Part shown: positions 13,941 through 62,950 of the stretch, piece by piece
How the letters are laid out: every line of letters begins with the position of its first letter
How positions within the stretch are numbered: the first letter of the stretch is position 1
From: Octopus sinensis
Lineage: Eukaryota
NCBI RefSeq assembly: GCF_006345805.1
Contig: NC_043003.1
Span: forward strand, 109,678,001-109,742,000
Length of the DNA stretch: 64,000 nt
Direction of reading: 5' to 3'
Notes under the pieces: generated by a model
Told to the model about the DNA's origin: nothing
Database searches by the model: none
The model's input: the letters and a program-made list of their open reading frames with translations, nothing else
Position numbers and translations under genes: made by a program

Positions 13941-14329
13941 TATATATATATGTATATATATATATAAACGGTCACTAGTTCGTATCATGTTAATGGCAGC
14001 TGCTCAGTATTTAGTTGCGAAAAATCTCACTTCCTTTCTCAGTCCACTTTACCGCTAACAGATTCAAGTCAACAAAGGAACCTTGCCTGAATATATGCAA
14101 CAGAATAAAATCATTTGAAAGTAGATTCATTGTGAAAGTGTCAGTTGTAGACTGGACGACCGACTCAACAACAACGTACATGTTACCAGAAAATTTCTGG
14201 GTTTTAAGTTTCATGTTTGTAATGTTAAACTGCAATATATGCACACCTGACGACCATGTGTAGCCAGACTGCTCTTTAGTCATTCTACAAATAGGTTTCA
14301 TGCTATTGATTCGTTTACAGGGATTCCGT

Positions 14330-14620
14330 ATGGTTTGTCATGTGTTCGAACGCCTCAGCGATTTTTGTCGATGGTTAAAAAATTGCACCAAACTTTTATG
14401 AAACTTTCTGAGTGTGCGTCTTAGACCTCGAAATGTTTTGATGGTCATTCAACCATCGAGGTTTTGAGAGACATGCACGACTTAATGTCGGTTCTGTGCT
14501 GGTTCCAGATGAAGAGCATTCAGGGTGACTGACCAGGAGAAAAAATGTTTGAGGATAAGATAAACCTTCTAGAACTCATTCACAAGAACCGTTGTTGAAA
14601 AGTCTGTTGGTTCTCTCAGA
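14330..14620 (+). mobile_element. Decayed mariner transposase fragment (HTH region)
   Basis: Broken translation shows CFDGHS...PDEEHSG*LT...LELIHKNR, resembling mariner CFEWHK...EDDERSGRP; stops and frameshifts present. Confidence 0.5.
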
Positions 14621-15160
14621 TGTCTGAAGTCAATTAAGGAATCTTTCAGGAGCTTCTGTCGGACATCCTCAAATTCTTGCACTATCCTTTTTCTATTTTC
14701 CTATTCCTTGTAAACCATTACTCCCCCATATGCATATATACGCATACGCACACATAGACATAGACGTGTGTATGTGTTTGTATAAATCCAAATAAATATG
14801 TATGGGCATTTACGTAAACAGCCGAGTACACACACGCGCACAAACACACACTAGATACACATATATATGCTCTCACACTCACGCATGTTCTCTCCATTTT
14901 TAACATGTACACGCCAAAATGATTACTTCCAGACGACAGAGAAGAAAAAAAGATTTCTCTCTTACTCTCGCTTTTTCTTCCTCTCTCACTCAGACACATA
15001 CGTACCCATATTCAGCCATATTTCTCCCTACTTTAATAACACACCCTTTCACTCACACCCTCTTTTACCACACAAATACACAAACAGGCAAAAACTCAAA
15101 CACATATATATATATACACTCAAACTCCCCTTCCACCATTCCACTTTCCCCTACATACAT

Positions 15161-15197
<37 letters not shown>

Positions 15198-15234
15198 AGA
15201 CACACACACACACACACTATCCTCTGTTCCTTCG

Positions 15235-15625
15235 TATCATATATATTTACCGCTCCTCTTTCAGTTTGCTTCTGGGCTCTTCCTATATCCGCCGCCATAT
15301 TACCTACAGCTGTATAAATAAATAAATTAGTAAAAAAACCGAAGGAATCACGTAAAAAACAAGGCATCCCCATCCCCACAAAAGAAGGGAAGCATAAACA
15401 AATAAATAAATAAAACTAAGTAAGGAGAATATGTCAAAGAAATGAACAAATAAGTAAAAAGAAGAAGAAGAAGCTGAGGCGTTCGAGTTGTGGGACGGCA
15501 TCAGCTACGTATTTGGTGAATGAAATACGATCTACTTGGCAACCAGCAGCAGAGGCACGCGCTGGCACACTCGTAGAGGCTACGAGCTTGTAGATGCGGG
15601 AATGCTGTGGACTGGTGTGTGTGTG
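15235..15625. promoter_or_regulatory. Second promoter/first-exon candidate (Inr-like TCAGTT 15261, YY1-like GCCGCCATATT 15291, E-box ACAGCTGT, + donor taa|gtaagg at 15420)
   Basis: Unique GC-enriched island between microsatellites, ~5 kb upstream of the TnT ATG exon; motif matches only. Confidence 0.28.
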
Positions 15626-16213
15626 TGTGTGTGTGGTGTGTGTGTGTGTATGTGTGTGTGTGTGTGTGTGTATGTGTGTGTGTGCGTGTGTGTGTGTGTG
15701 TGTGCGTACGTACGCGCACTAGGAAAAGCTAGCGAAAAACAATGCAGTGTAGTGGTGGTGGTGGTGGTGGTGGTTATGACAGACTCCTTCCTTGCTGGTA
15801 TAGAATACACAAATATACATGAGTGTGTATGAATATAATGTGTGTGATTGTGCATGTATATATATATATATGCATATGTATGTATATTTATATATATACA
15901 TGTATATATGTAAATGTGCATAGATATACCATTATTATATGCTAGTATATGTGCATGTGTATATTCATGACTATTTATATGTGTATATATAAATATATAT
16001 GTACACACATGTACACGTGTATATATGTATGTATGTATACATATTACATGTATATGATGGTATGTGTATGCATATATACATGTCCTTTCTTTAATGGCAT
16101 ACGAAGGCGAGAGAAATTCTTGATTGTTGAGGTTTTCTGTTTCACAGTTTGGACTTAGGATAAGGAGCAAGTGGAGTTAATAGGCGGGTAGATTATGGTT
16201 GTACTGATGCCAT

Positions 16214-16550
16214 GTGAAGGCGCATGACTCGGTGGTTAGAGCGTTGGGCTCATTACCATGAGGTTGTGAGTTCGATTCTCGGACCAGGTTGTGTGTTGTG
16301 TTCTTGAGCAAGACACTTTATTTCGTGTTGCTCCAGTTCCCTCAGCTGTAGGAGTGAGTTGCGACGTCACCGATGCCAAACTGTGTCGGCATTTGCCTTT
16401 CCCTTGGATAACATCGGTGGCGTGGAGAGCGGAGGCTGGTATGCATGGGCGCTACTAGTCTTCTACAAACAACTTTGCCTGGACTTGTGCTTCCGAGGGT
16501 AACTTTCTAGGTAAAATCCCATGGTTATTTATGAGCGAAAGGGGTCTTTA
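16214..16550 (+). mobile_element. tRNA-headed SINE (GGCGCATGACTCGGTGGTTAG...GAGTTCGATTCTC; core GAGCAAGACACTTTATTTC)
   Basis: A/B-box head; related copies at 45255-45510 (-) and 52916-53196 (-). Confidence 0.7.
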
Positions 16551-16729
16551 CCTGATGTCAAGGTCACTAGTGCTGGTTTCGCAGTGTAGCTTTTCTACAG
16601 ATCTTGTTCTACAGAATCCGTAATGTTGGTCAGTTGGGTATTATGAATAACTTGCTAAGTAGTTTGATATATCAAGTGAGTGAAAGTATTGGCGGTAGTA
16701 GTTTAAATACATTGAAACACTCATCAATA

Positions 16730-16939
16730 CGAGGGGGTGCTGAAAAGTTCCTCGCCAAAAGCCTGGGTCGATGCTCAAACTTCCGAGTTCTTTTGCGGGA
16801 CTTATAAAAACTGAAGGAACGTTGCAATAAGTGTGTGAATTTGTGAATTTGAGAAGAGAGTATGTTGCAAAAAATCATAATTAACTAATCCTCCTCTATT
16901 TTCTATTCCCAAAGCTAGGAATTTTTCAACAACACTTCG
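16730..16939. mobile_element. Tc1/mariner-type MITE, ~210 bp, TA target duplication
   Basis: TA|CGAGGGGGTGCTGAAAAGTTCCT ... AGGAATTTTTCAACAACACTTCG|TA imperfect TIRs. Confidence 0.75.
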
Positions 16940-16942
16940 TAT

Positions 16943-17128
16943 GTGGCGAACAGGTAGAATCGTTAGCACGCCGGGCAAAATGCTTAACAGTGTTTTATAT
17001 GTCTTTACGTTCTGAGTTCAAAATTCGCCGAGGCCGACTTTGCTTCTCATTCTTTCGGAGTCGATAAAATAAGTACCATTCATTGAGGTCGACGTAATCG
17101 CTTCTCACGAAATTGCTGGTCTTGTGCC
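16943..17128 (+). mobile_element. SINE adjacent to the MITE
   Basis: GGCGAACAGGTAGAATCGTTAGCACGCCGGG...GAGGCCGACTTTGC core. Confidence 0.7.
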
Positions 17129-17649
17129 ACAAGACACAGTATGTCTACCTACATGCAAGCACCGATACATGACCGGGTACATACATACGCGTATATATGC
17201 ACACTCATACATGCATGTAATGTATGTGTGTGTATATATAAATATATATGTATATGTATATACATATATATATATAGGGGGCGGGGTTGGTGGGTATATG
17301 TAAGGAGAAAATGTGATGAGAGATTCCGTGAATAGGCGTTCATGCTTAACAAATAATACGATTGACTCTTTGAAGAAAAGGAATACTATTTGAATTAAAT
17401 ATAAAATGTCATGTTTACATGTATTTAAAGCGACCATGTTTTTCATTTGATGGAGCCCTATTTTAACACAAAAATTACAGTTGTTCGAAAGAAAGGAAAC
17501 CATTTAAAATTTTCTCAGTTCATTCACAATAAAGTTATTTGTAAAGAAAAGAATATCTTAAATGTTAATACGAGGACTGCGTCTTCAGTGGTATATCGGG
17601 GGGTTTTAGCAACAGTCTAACGTCTTCATGTCTTGTGTAATTATATATA

Positions 17650-17718
<69 letters not shown>

Positions 17719-18011
17719 ATCTTTCTGTATTATAGAAAGGGAAAACATATAAAGAAAACCAGCTATTCATTGTGAAATTTAAAAAAAAGTCTTTTAACAC
17801 TGATAAATGCTCGAATAGTTGTTTAAGTCTTTGTTTTATTGTATCATAAATCTTTTCGAAGCAATAAAATACAAGGGTTGTTTGAAATATCTGTTTATTA
17901 ACAACGAAAACTGCAGGAGTAACAGGACACATAAAGGCAGAAAAAAATAATTTAGCAAACATTTTTGCAAAAGAAAAAAAAATTATGAATAACAAGCACG
18001 CTCGTGTGCGT

Positions 18012-18048
<37 letters not shown>

Positions 18049-18181
18049 AGTGCATGCACGCAAGCATGCATACACACTGATACACCAAATTTTCATAGTT
18101 TATTCGTTATAAACTATTCTCGTCTTATCTGAAAATTTGCCAACTCTAAGACATACACACACACAGACACACACACAGACA

Positions 18182-18222
<41 letters not shown>

Positions 18223-18242
18223 ACACACACACACACACACTC

Positions 18243-18285
<43 letters not shown>

Positions 18286-18564
18286 CTCTCTTTTACTGAT
18301 GATCAATTTGATGACGGCTAATAACACGAGCCTTCGAAGCCGCTGATAATTTCCTTGTGAAAATAAACGTTAATCCACTTGAAAATAGCGAGCCATCTGT
18401 CTATTTAATGTTTGCTGTTTTGTATAACTATTCCTAAAAACAAGCATTAACATATTACATTATAGTCACCTCATCAGATATCTTCGAATACAGTTGATGA
18501 TGTAGATGTGTTCTGCTCACACGAAGCTCCAATGGGAGGTGGATGAATCAGTGCTATTAGATGT

Positions 18565-18792
18565 GGCGAGCTGGCAGAAACGATAGCACGCCGGGCGAAA
18601 TGCTTAGCGGTATTTCGTCTGTCGGTACGTTCTGAGTTCAAATTCCGCCGAGGTCGACTTTGCCTTTCATCCTTTCGGGGTCGATAAATTAAGTACCAGT
18701 TACGCACTGGGGTCGATGTAATCGACTTAATCCGTTTGTCTGTCCTTGCTTGTACCCTCTGTGTTTAGCCCCTTGTGGGTAGCAAAGAAATA
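18565..18792 (+). mobile_element. Near full-length SINE
   Basis: GGCGAGCTGGCAGAAACGATAGCACGCCGGGCG...TTCTGAGTTCAAATTCCGCCGAGGTCGACTTTGCC...AGCCCCTTGTGGGTAG. Confidence 0.8.
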
Positions 18793-19758
18793 TATATATA
18801 TATATATTTATATACTTGTATGTACATGTGTATATATACATATAAGCACACACACACACATCAAATACACGGAGGTTTGTAAATCTGAGTGGTTTAACCC
18901 CCAGTTAGCTTCTTTACGAATAGCGGAGTGTAAGAGAGTGCATAGAGGTGGGCATTTTCCCTCAAACAGTGACATACAAACTGAAATTCCAGAAAGAATT
19001 TATTAGTCGTGGTGTATCATATAGTGCGTCCATAAATGACGATGATGGTTCTGCATTATAATCAGTTCACCAACATATAGTTCAGATACATTATGAATAT
19101 AATATAAAATTCTACTTGGGCTGTTACGAGTGGTATTCAAGCTCATGTTAGACGCAAGACCACACATTTTAAGCGAATATATTTAATGTATATAGACACA
19201 TTCACTGTATTTGTGTACAAAACGAATTTCCGATTCCTTAATGGGAGAGATATAAGTAAGTTTCATGAAATAGTATTACTAGGTTTCCTACATATTGTTA
19301 AATCATGCTTATTCAGGAGTGTTAACCTAAACAAAATTTTATGTTTTCAAAGAAGCGCTTAATTCTTTTATATATAACAAAGAATGCTTCTCAAAAGCTA
19401 TAGAACACTCAGTGGATGAAAACGAATTCTAACGAGCATTCAACTAGGCTATTTTGATTGTCGTTTGTGGAACATTAGCGTTTTTGTAATTTCAAAGTGA
19501 ATTATGTGTAGTAATTCAGTTTTTATTTTGTTTCTAGCTTTAATTATTTATATTTCTTTCACATGCTAACATGACTCAATGAAAATTGAATAAAGAAAAA
19601 AAGACAACAAAAAACAAGAATAACATCTTAAAACGAAAGACGTTACAAACGGCAGAAATAATTAAAACGCATGAATATATAACACACCCAGAAATAATAC
19701 ACATGTCTATTTTTATCAATATACCTAATCTACAAAAGTTCACAAAGTTAAAAGAAGA

Positions 19759-19803
<45 letters not shown>

Positions 19804-20126
19804 ATTCTGCCAAAATAGTTGTGTTTTTCTTAATCTTGCTTATTGTACGCTCTTCTGAAATTATCTCCTCACGTCCTTGTGTTCTCAAACTTCCTCTTCC
19901 CCCACTGTCCCCTTGACTTATATAAAATATACGCACGAAACGAATATATGTATGTACACGAACATTAATGTATATATATATATATACATACATGCAAACA
20001 TACTTCTTCAATTATATATGCATATGTATTTTCGTATGAATATAAAAATTATGACCACACAAACGCAATTTATGTGTGTATATATATATGTGTGTGTGTG
20101 TGTATATATAAATATTCATAAAGATC

Positions 20127-20190
<64 letters not shown>

Positions 20191-20309
20191 TGCGTGTGTC
20201 TATACATAAAAGTTATATTCTTATGAATACATATATACATGTTCTTTTGTGAGTCACCGTGTGATCGATTAGCTCATTGATTTTTCACCGTGTTTTTTTT
20301 CTCTTTCAG

Positions 20310-20336
20310 TTGTTGATAGCGTAAAAGAAACCAGCC

Positions 20337-20356
<20 letters not shown>
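20310..20356 (+). CDS. TnT: TnT start-codon exon (5'UTR 20310-20336; ATG 20337; MDEEDH+AC, phase 2)
   Basis: Acceptor ttttttttctctttcag, Kozak-like CCAGCCATGG, acidic N-terminus typical of TnT, donor AC|gtgagt. The acceptor implies a further upstream non-coding exon. Confidence 0.82.
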
Positions 20357-56510
<36,154 letters not shown>

Positions 56511-56704
56511 ATGAACTAATTAAACAACTTTCAAAGCAACAATATAAAAATGATTTAAAAAATGTATTAAAAACATATAGTTAGTTCAAAGGTAAGTAAA
56601 TTTCAGTGAAGATATTTTAGCGTTGTTACATGTGCATTTTAAATATTTCTATTGCCGTGTGTCTCATACAAAATGTATTCACAAGTCGCTGTGGAATTGT
56701 CTGA

Positions 56705-56803
56705 AATAAAATTTCTTCATCAGAAAGAGATTTCATCTCAGATAATTCAAGAATTCAACGGTGTCAAGTCTTCTAACTGTGAATACGCATTTAGTGCAAT
56801 AAA
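56705..56803 (+). terminator. Candidate TnT polyadenylation signals (AATAAA at 56705 and 56798)
   Basis: Two AATAAA 195-290 nt after the stop, with U-rich sequence downstream of the second. They would be bypassed if the 3'UTR donor at 56592 is used. Confidence 0.4.
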
Positions 56804-57285
56804 CAGATGCCGGTTTTAATTTAATACTGTTTCAATTGTGCTAATGTTTAATTCTGTTTATCAAGAAGCACGAATATTTCGTTCACGCAGGTGACAACGG
56901 GGTGCAACGGCATTGACTAGACTCGAGAAAGGTGAAACGTGTCTGGAGCAACGATAGTGTTTATATCATGTTTTTAAACACAAGCCTCAGAAGATATTTT
57001 ACCTCAGACAATTGCAAAGCATCATGCTTCCTAACGGTGTATATAGATTTTGTTTATACACAAATGGCGACTTTGATTTAATGCTCTTCCAGTTGTGTAT
57101 TCAGAGCTTTATACATATTTATTTGTGGACTCTACTTTGGTGTACGTGGGTAACCAGTAGGGCCGATGGCTTGGCATGATGGCCTACTGATCGAAGCAAA
57201 TCGGCATTTATATACCATAGTCACATGTGTTTTGTTCACGAGGAAAATACCATGGGATGATTGTATAAGGTCGTATGAATTAACT

Positions 57286-57678
57286 GTGGAGGCGCAATGG
57301 CCCAGTGGTTAGGGCAGCGGACTCGCGGTCATAGGATCGCGGTTTCGATTCCAAGACCGGGCGTTGTGAGTGTTTATTGAGCGAAAACACCTAAAAGCTC
57401 CACGAGGCTCCAGCAGGGGATGGTGGAGATCCCTGCTGTACTCTTTCACCACAACTTTCTCTCACTCTTACTTCCTGTTTCTGTTGTACCTGTATTTCAA
57501 AGGGCCGGCCTTGTCACTCTCTGTGTCACGCTGAATATCCCCGAGAACTACGTTAAGGGTACACGTGTCTGTGGAGTGCTCAGCCACTTACACGTTAATT
57601 TCACGAGCAGGCTGTTCCGTTGATTCGGATCAACCGGAACCCTCATCGTCGTAACCGACGGAGTGCTTCCATCCATCC
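57286..57678 (+). mobile_element. Young tRNA-headed SINE with 11-bp TSD ATGAATTAACT (57275-57285 / 57679-57689) and (CCAT)n tail
   Basis: Intact TSD; head nearly identical to the 362 copy; RTE-like tail. Confidence 0.88.
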
Positions 57679-59333
57679 ATGAATTAACTAAAAAAATATT
57701 AAGTTCAAGTCACCTTAATCTAGTTCTTAGTTCTCAAACGGCTCGATAATATTCATTTCAAATTTTGCTGTACTTCCAGTTTGAATTACATGCAACGTCT
57801 GCTGTGAAAACAGTCCATTCCACCTTAAACTCATAACGTGTAGTAATAAACCGCCGGGTGAATTTCTAACTTAAGTAGGAAGGGTTTTCTCAGAATTATT
57901 TGTTAGATCTCAGACCCATCACTCAGAAACATCGGTCGGTTCCATTCAATTTGATATTCGGAGCTGAAGTCTAAATTGCTTTATTTATAATATTAATCTA
58001 TAATAGGAAATAATTATTCGTAAAATGGAAATAAATTTCGAAAAGATTTTTAAAAAATCAAAAGATATGCTCACTTCATTTGAATTCGATCAATTTCCTT
58101 GTAATTTCTTGTTATTAGATACAACTACAATGACAAGTGGTTTGTCTATAATTCTTCAACGAAAATGGATAATATTCGTAACAAAATCAACTTAAATTCC
58201 GTTGGCCTAGTTAATACTGAATCCTTTTCTCCTTGTATTTGAATTTTTTTTTGTATTAAAGGTGGTAAATATTCTATTTTTCGCTTTATTCCAGAAATCT
58301 TTAACGTTTGAGTGTGACCTGCTTTTTCTTGTCAAGACCAGTATTCTTACTAATTCGAAACAACTGGTGTCCAAATTAATACCTGGCTGGACAGTAAGCT
58401 ACAGATCTTGACCTCAGAACAAACTGACCAACTCTCTGATCTCTGTCTTCCTTGCCCCCTCTATAAACCTTAATTCTGCTGACCAGCGACTTATAGGACA
58501 CTCTGAAGAAATAGAGAGAAAAATTAAACAGAGAAAAATAATTGACCACCATCATGAAAAACTGACGGGTATTGGTTCATCAAATATTAAGATCAACTAT
58601 GAGGAAAACTTCCATTTGATTGCTTTAGCAGAATAAAAATGGATTCAATTTTACCGGAAAATAATGAAAAAATTAATCGTGTAATTGAATAGCATCACGC
58701 ATATATAGATATGTTTGTTAGGTGACCTTGACTTCTTTTTCTCTGTTTTCAACATCTAGTCGCTATTTTCAGCAGAAATTTTGATGCCGTTTAAGAAACT
58801 TCGTACCATCGCATTTGTTGAAATATGTCGCTCAACGTATTTTTTTTCACCATGTTTGTTGTCGTCGATTATAACAGATCAGTTTCTAGTTTATGGCATA
58901 ATAAAATATTAAGTGGAATTTAATATTCATAATAAAACGAAAGAACACAATTACTTGAGAGTTCCTTAATTTTCTTTTACTCTCTTTGACGGAAGCTGAC
59001 CATTTCGGTTCACAGAATAGAACCCATGTTTATATCAATAACAACAATAATAAACAGCAAATCATCAAAGAACACTGAAATATATAAGAAGCATTTAGAA
59101 AAGAAAACCTATTTATTGTGTGTATGTTAAATGCTGTTCTCATTTCTTGTTAAATATTGTTGTTTATCAAGCTGTCACTGAGAGGGAGAGAGAAGGAACG
59201 TCTCTATATATGTATTACCTTCGAACTAAATAAAGAGTGTGACCTATTCCCCACTTCAAAACTCGTCTTAATTTGTAATTTGATTTTCTTTTGCCTTTCA
59301 AATTCTGGTTTCTGTGAAGAAAAGATATATATA

Positions 59334-59427
<94 letters not shown>

Positions 59428-59430
59428 TAA

Positions 59431-59624
59431 TAGAGCGTTAGCCACTACACACATCTTTTTCTCTCCTTGTTTCTCTCCTTGTTTTTTTCTGTGTCCTTTT
59501 CTGTAGAAGAGCGTAGGCTCGAAACGTAAAAGACTTTTTCTATTCCTGAGCGTTATACTAATACATCTGTTTGTTTTGTACACCACCTGTCTTCGTCTTT
59601 TGTTTTTTTTTCGTAAACTCTCCC

Positions 59625-59625
<1 letters not shown>
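59431..59625 (+). mobile_element. (TA)n-embedded repeat with hammerhead-like motif (59493-59534)
   Basis: GTCCTTTT-CTGTAGA-A-GAGC-GTAG-GCTC-GAAA-CGT-A-AAAGAC. Confidence 0.55.
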
Positions 59626-59695
<70 letters not shown>

Positions 59696-59739
59696 CCTAT
59701 ATATGTTGAATAAAGTGCAACTGTTTCGAGATGGTCATT

Positions 59740-59930
59740 TTTTCTTGCAAAATAAACTCGCGCACTATATATTTGTTCTTCGCCTCGTTTATTACTGTTC
59801 TTATTCTTACTTATGTCCGTTGTCTGGAAATCTTTCGTCACGCATCCGTGACCTCTTCAGCTACCTTGTTCATCTTCGTGTGTGCTCTTACCCCACTTAT
59901 TTCATTCTGCTCATACACGTCATGTATATG
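59740..59930 (-). mobile_element. (TA)n-adjacent repeat with canonical hammerhead core (59822-59866)
   Basis: - strand CTGAAGA-G-GTCAC-GGATGC-GTGAC-GAAA-GATTTC. Confidence 0.55.
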
Positions 59931-60040
59931 TGATTACGTGTATGTCTGCATAAGTGCGTGTATGTATGTCTATGTAAGTTATATATGTATGAGTGTATAT
60001 ATGGATGTGTATGTATATATGCATTTGTATGTACATATAT

Positions 60041-60091
<51 letters not shown>

Positions 60092-60299
60092 TATGAATAT
60101 ATGTATATTTAGCTGTTTAGCTGGAAAGGAACACTATAAGTCATTTTTAAAAAGCTTTTCACAATAAACTCCTTTCCTTCTAATTAATAGTGAATTAATC
60201 TGAAAAGATGATAGTCGGAGCAAGATCTGGGGAGTGGGGAGGATGAGTCAAACTATCCATATTTGTGCCATAAACTTTTCCTGAGTGGCCAGGTCAATA

Positions 60300-60880
60300 T
60301 GTTGTCGCAAATGTTATGCAATACTTGACAGCGATACTTTGTATTAACTTTCACTTTGCTTTAACACTTCATGATATACAACACTCTTCATATCACATCA
60401 GACGAAGAACATAAATATTTTTTCGACTGTTTTCATAGCGTGATAACCGTTGTAATATTCATTGAATATGATTATAGATAACTTTCATCACTTGAGGTGA
60501 TTCTACGCAGGAAATATTTGTTAGCAAGTCTACCTTTCAATGAAAGTGTTGCTTTCTTTCATTAACCTGAGAAGCAGTCAAATAATAAGGAAGCAATTGG
60601 TTACATACGTTTCTTAGTTTATGAAGATTTTTCTAAGGTTGAAGTGCAGATTGAATTGAAATGTTTTACTAATATTCTCGTAGTTTGCTGGAGGTTTTCC
60701 TCAACTATAGCTTCGTCTAGATCGCGAGAAATCTGCAAGAGAAAGTTTCCCAAGCGAAACTTGCCTAAACATTGTTGGCAAGTCCGGACAGTTAAACTAT
60801 CATTTCTATAGATAGAACAAATATTTCTTCTCACTTCATTTCTTGAAGAGCCAATCTGAAATTCATACAGCATTCATTGC
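60300..60880 (-). mobile_element. Decayed mariner transposase
   Basis: ORF 60619..60873 MLYEFQIGSSRNEVRRNIC...KFRLGNF...AIVEENLQQTTR matches the mariner HTH; downstream FLRRITSSDE resembles FLxRIVTGDEKW. Confidence 0.75.
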
Positions 60881-61171
60881 TTGATATGGGTCAGATCTAA
60901 ACGGGTAGAATCAATACTAATTTAATCATGGTGGTATAAAGTAATCTACAAAAAATGAATACTCATTTTAGCGTAAGTACTGAAAAATGCTCCTCAAAGT
61001 GGTCATATCAAAAATGCGATAGGACTTTCTTTCCAACCACATCAAGAGGGTATTGCATTTTACTATTATAAATAGAATGTGCTTTGGAATATATTTGAAT
61101 TTCTTAAATATCTTGAAACTCAACCTTTCTTTTTTGTAGTTGTTAATCATTTGTGTATATTTATACGAGAA

Positions 61172-61327
61172 AGCGTGGCGATGTGTTAATAAGTTTGCTT
61201 CCCAATGCCATGATTTATGGTTCAATCCCAGAGCGTCACACCTTGAGCAAGTGTCTTCTACTATAGCCTCGGGCCGGCCAAAGCCTTGTGAGTGGATTTG
61301 GTAGACAGAAATTGAAAGAAGCCTGTC

Positions 61328-61363
<36 letters not shown>

Positions 61364-61545
61364 GGTGTGTGTATGTATCTAATTAGCAACCAGTGTTGGT
61401 GTGTTTACGCCTCCGTAACATAGCGGTTTGGCAAAAGAGACCGATAAAATAAGTCCAAAGTACTTGGATCGATTCGTTCCACTAAAAATTCTTGAAGGAG
61501 GTGCTCTAATATGGCCGCAGTCTATGACTGGGACAATTAAGAGAT
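61172..61545 (+). mobile_element. SINE with internal microsatellite
   Basis: Same family as 11846-12270. Confidence 0.75.
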
Positions 61546-62167
61546 AGCGATAAAGATAGTAATATATTACCTTAAAGTTGATGGCCTCGTAATTATATTT
61601 TACATTTGAAATAGGCACAGGTATGGTTGTGTGGTGAAGTTTGCATCTCAATAAATGGGTTTTCGGTTCAGCTCCTCTATAAGTTTTGCCAACATAGACG
61701 TCATGTTTTTGTGAGGTTCGTCATTTTCCCAAAAGAGCTAGATGCTTAAATGAAGTAAAAAAATAACTAAGCAGAGAATTGACGCCGCGTCGATATGTGG
61801 AATATTAATCTCATTCTAAAGTGTTTAACACATATAATGCAAGAATTCCCCAAAAGGTATGATGCTCCAAACTGATGTGTCGCAGATGTGTCTAAATGTG
61901 CTAAGGATTTTTGTAAAGTCAAATTTAACGCTTTAGAAAATTTACACTGAAGCTTTTTGAGCGTTTTGAAAATTATGTGAGAGATACCTTTGAAGAATCA
62001 CTAGAGGAACTGTCGTGAAGCACCAACACTTTAATATAATTGTAGGGGCCTTGCCGTCATAAACAGTATGCCGTGGCAAGTTTTTAGACCTATCGGAGCC
62101 TGAACTTCTTCAGAACTGACAACACTGACAACGGTTAATTTCCTCTACGAAGGATGTGAGACAGACA

Positions 62168-62950
62168 ACAAAGAGAAGAACCAATGTTCTTTTCTACTCT
62201 AGGTACAAGGCCCAAAATTTTTGTGGAGTTGGGGGTCAGTCGATTAGATCGACAACAGTACGCAACTGGTACTTAATTTATCGATCCCGAAAGGACGAAA
62301 GGCAAAGTCGACCTTGGTGGAATTTGAACTCAGAGCGCAAAGACAAACGAAATACCGCTAAGCATTTCGCCCGGCGTGCTAATGTTTCTGCCAGCACGCC
62401 ACCATGGAGAAGTACCAATATTCTTTTCTACTCTATGCACGAGGGTCAAAATTATGAGGGAGGGAGCCAGTCGATTAGATCGACTCCAGTACGCAACTGG
62501 TACTTAGTTTATTGACCCCGAAAGGATGAAAGGCAAAGTCGACCTCGGCGGAATTTGAACTCAGAAAGCAAAGACAGAAGAAATACCGCTAGGCATTTCG
62601 CCCGGCATGCTAACTTTCGAGAAAAACAAAATCGATCTCAGTAAGATTCGATCTCAAAGTCGAGACGATTACCACCTATCAATCTATTCGACACTCTAAT
62701 GACTGTGCTAATCGGCCGTTTATGGTTCTGCTTTTTCATAAGTATGAATAATGGTTTCTAACATAAGGCCAGTAATTTCCATTAATTGACATCAGTACTT
62801 GAGAAGTACCTTATTTTATCGACCTTGGAAAGATGAAAAGCTAAGCTGACTTTGGCGGGATTTGAACTCACAATGCAAAAAGGAAGCTGAACAAATAGCA
62901 CATGGCATCTATTTTTTAGACATACTAACGTTCCTGCTAACTCACCGCTA
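62168..62950 (-). mobile_element. Cluster of three same-family SINE copies (two head-to-tail at 62168-62620, one at ~62760-62950)
   Basis: Repeated GATGAAAGGCAAAGTCGACCTCGGCGGAATTTGAACTCAG. Confidence 0.75.
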
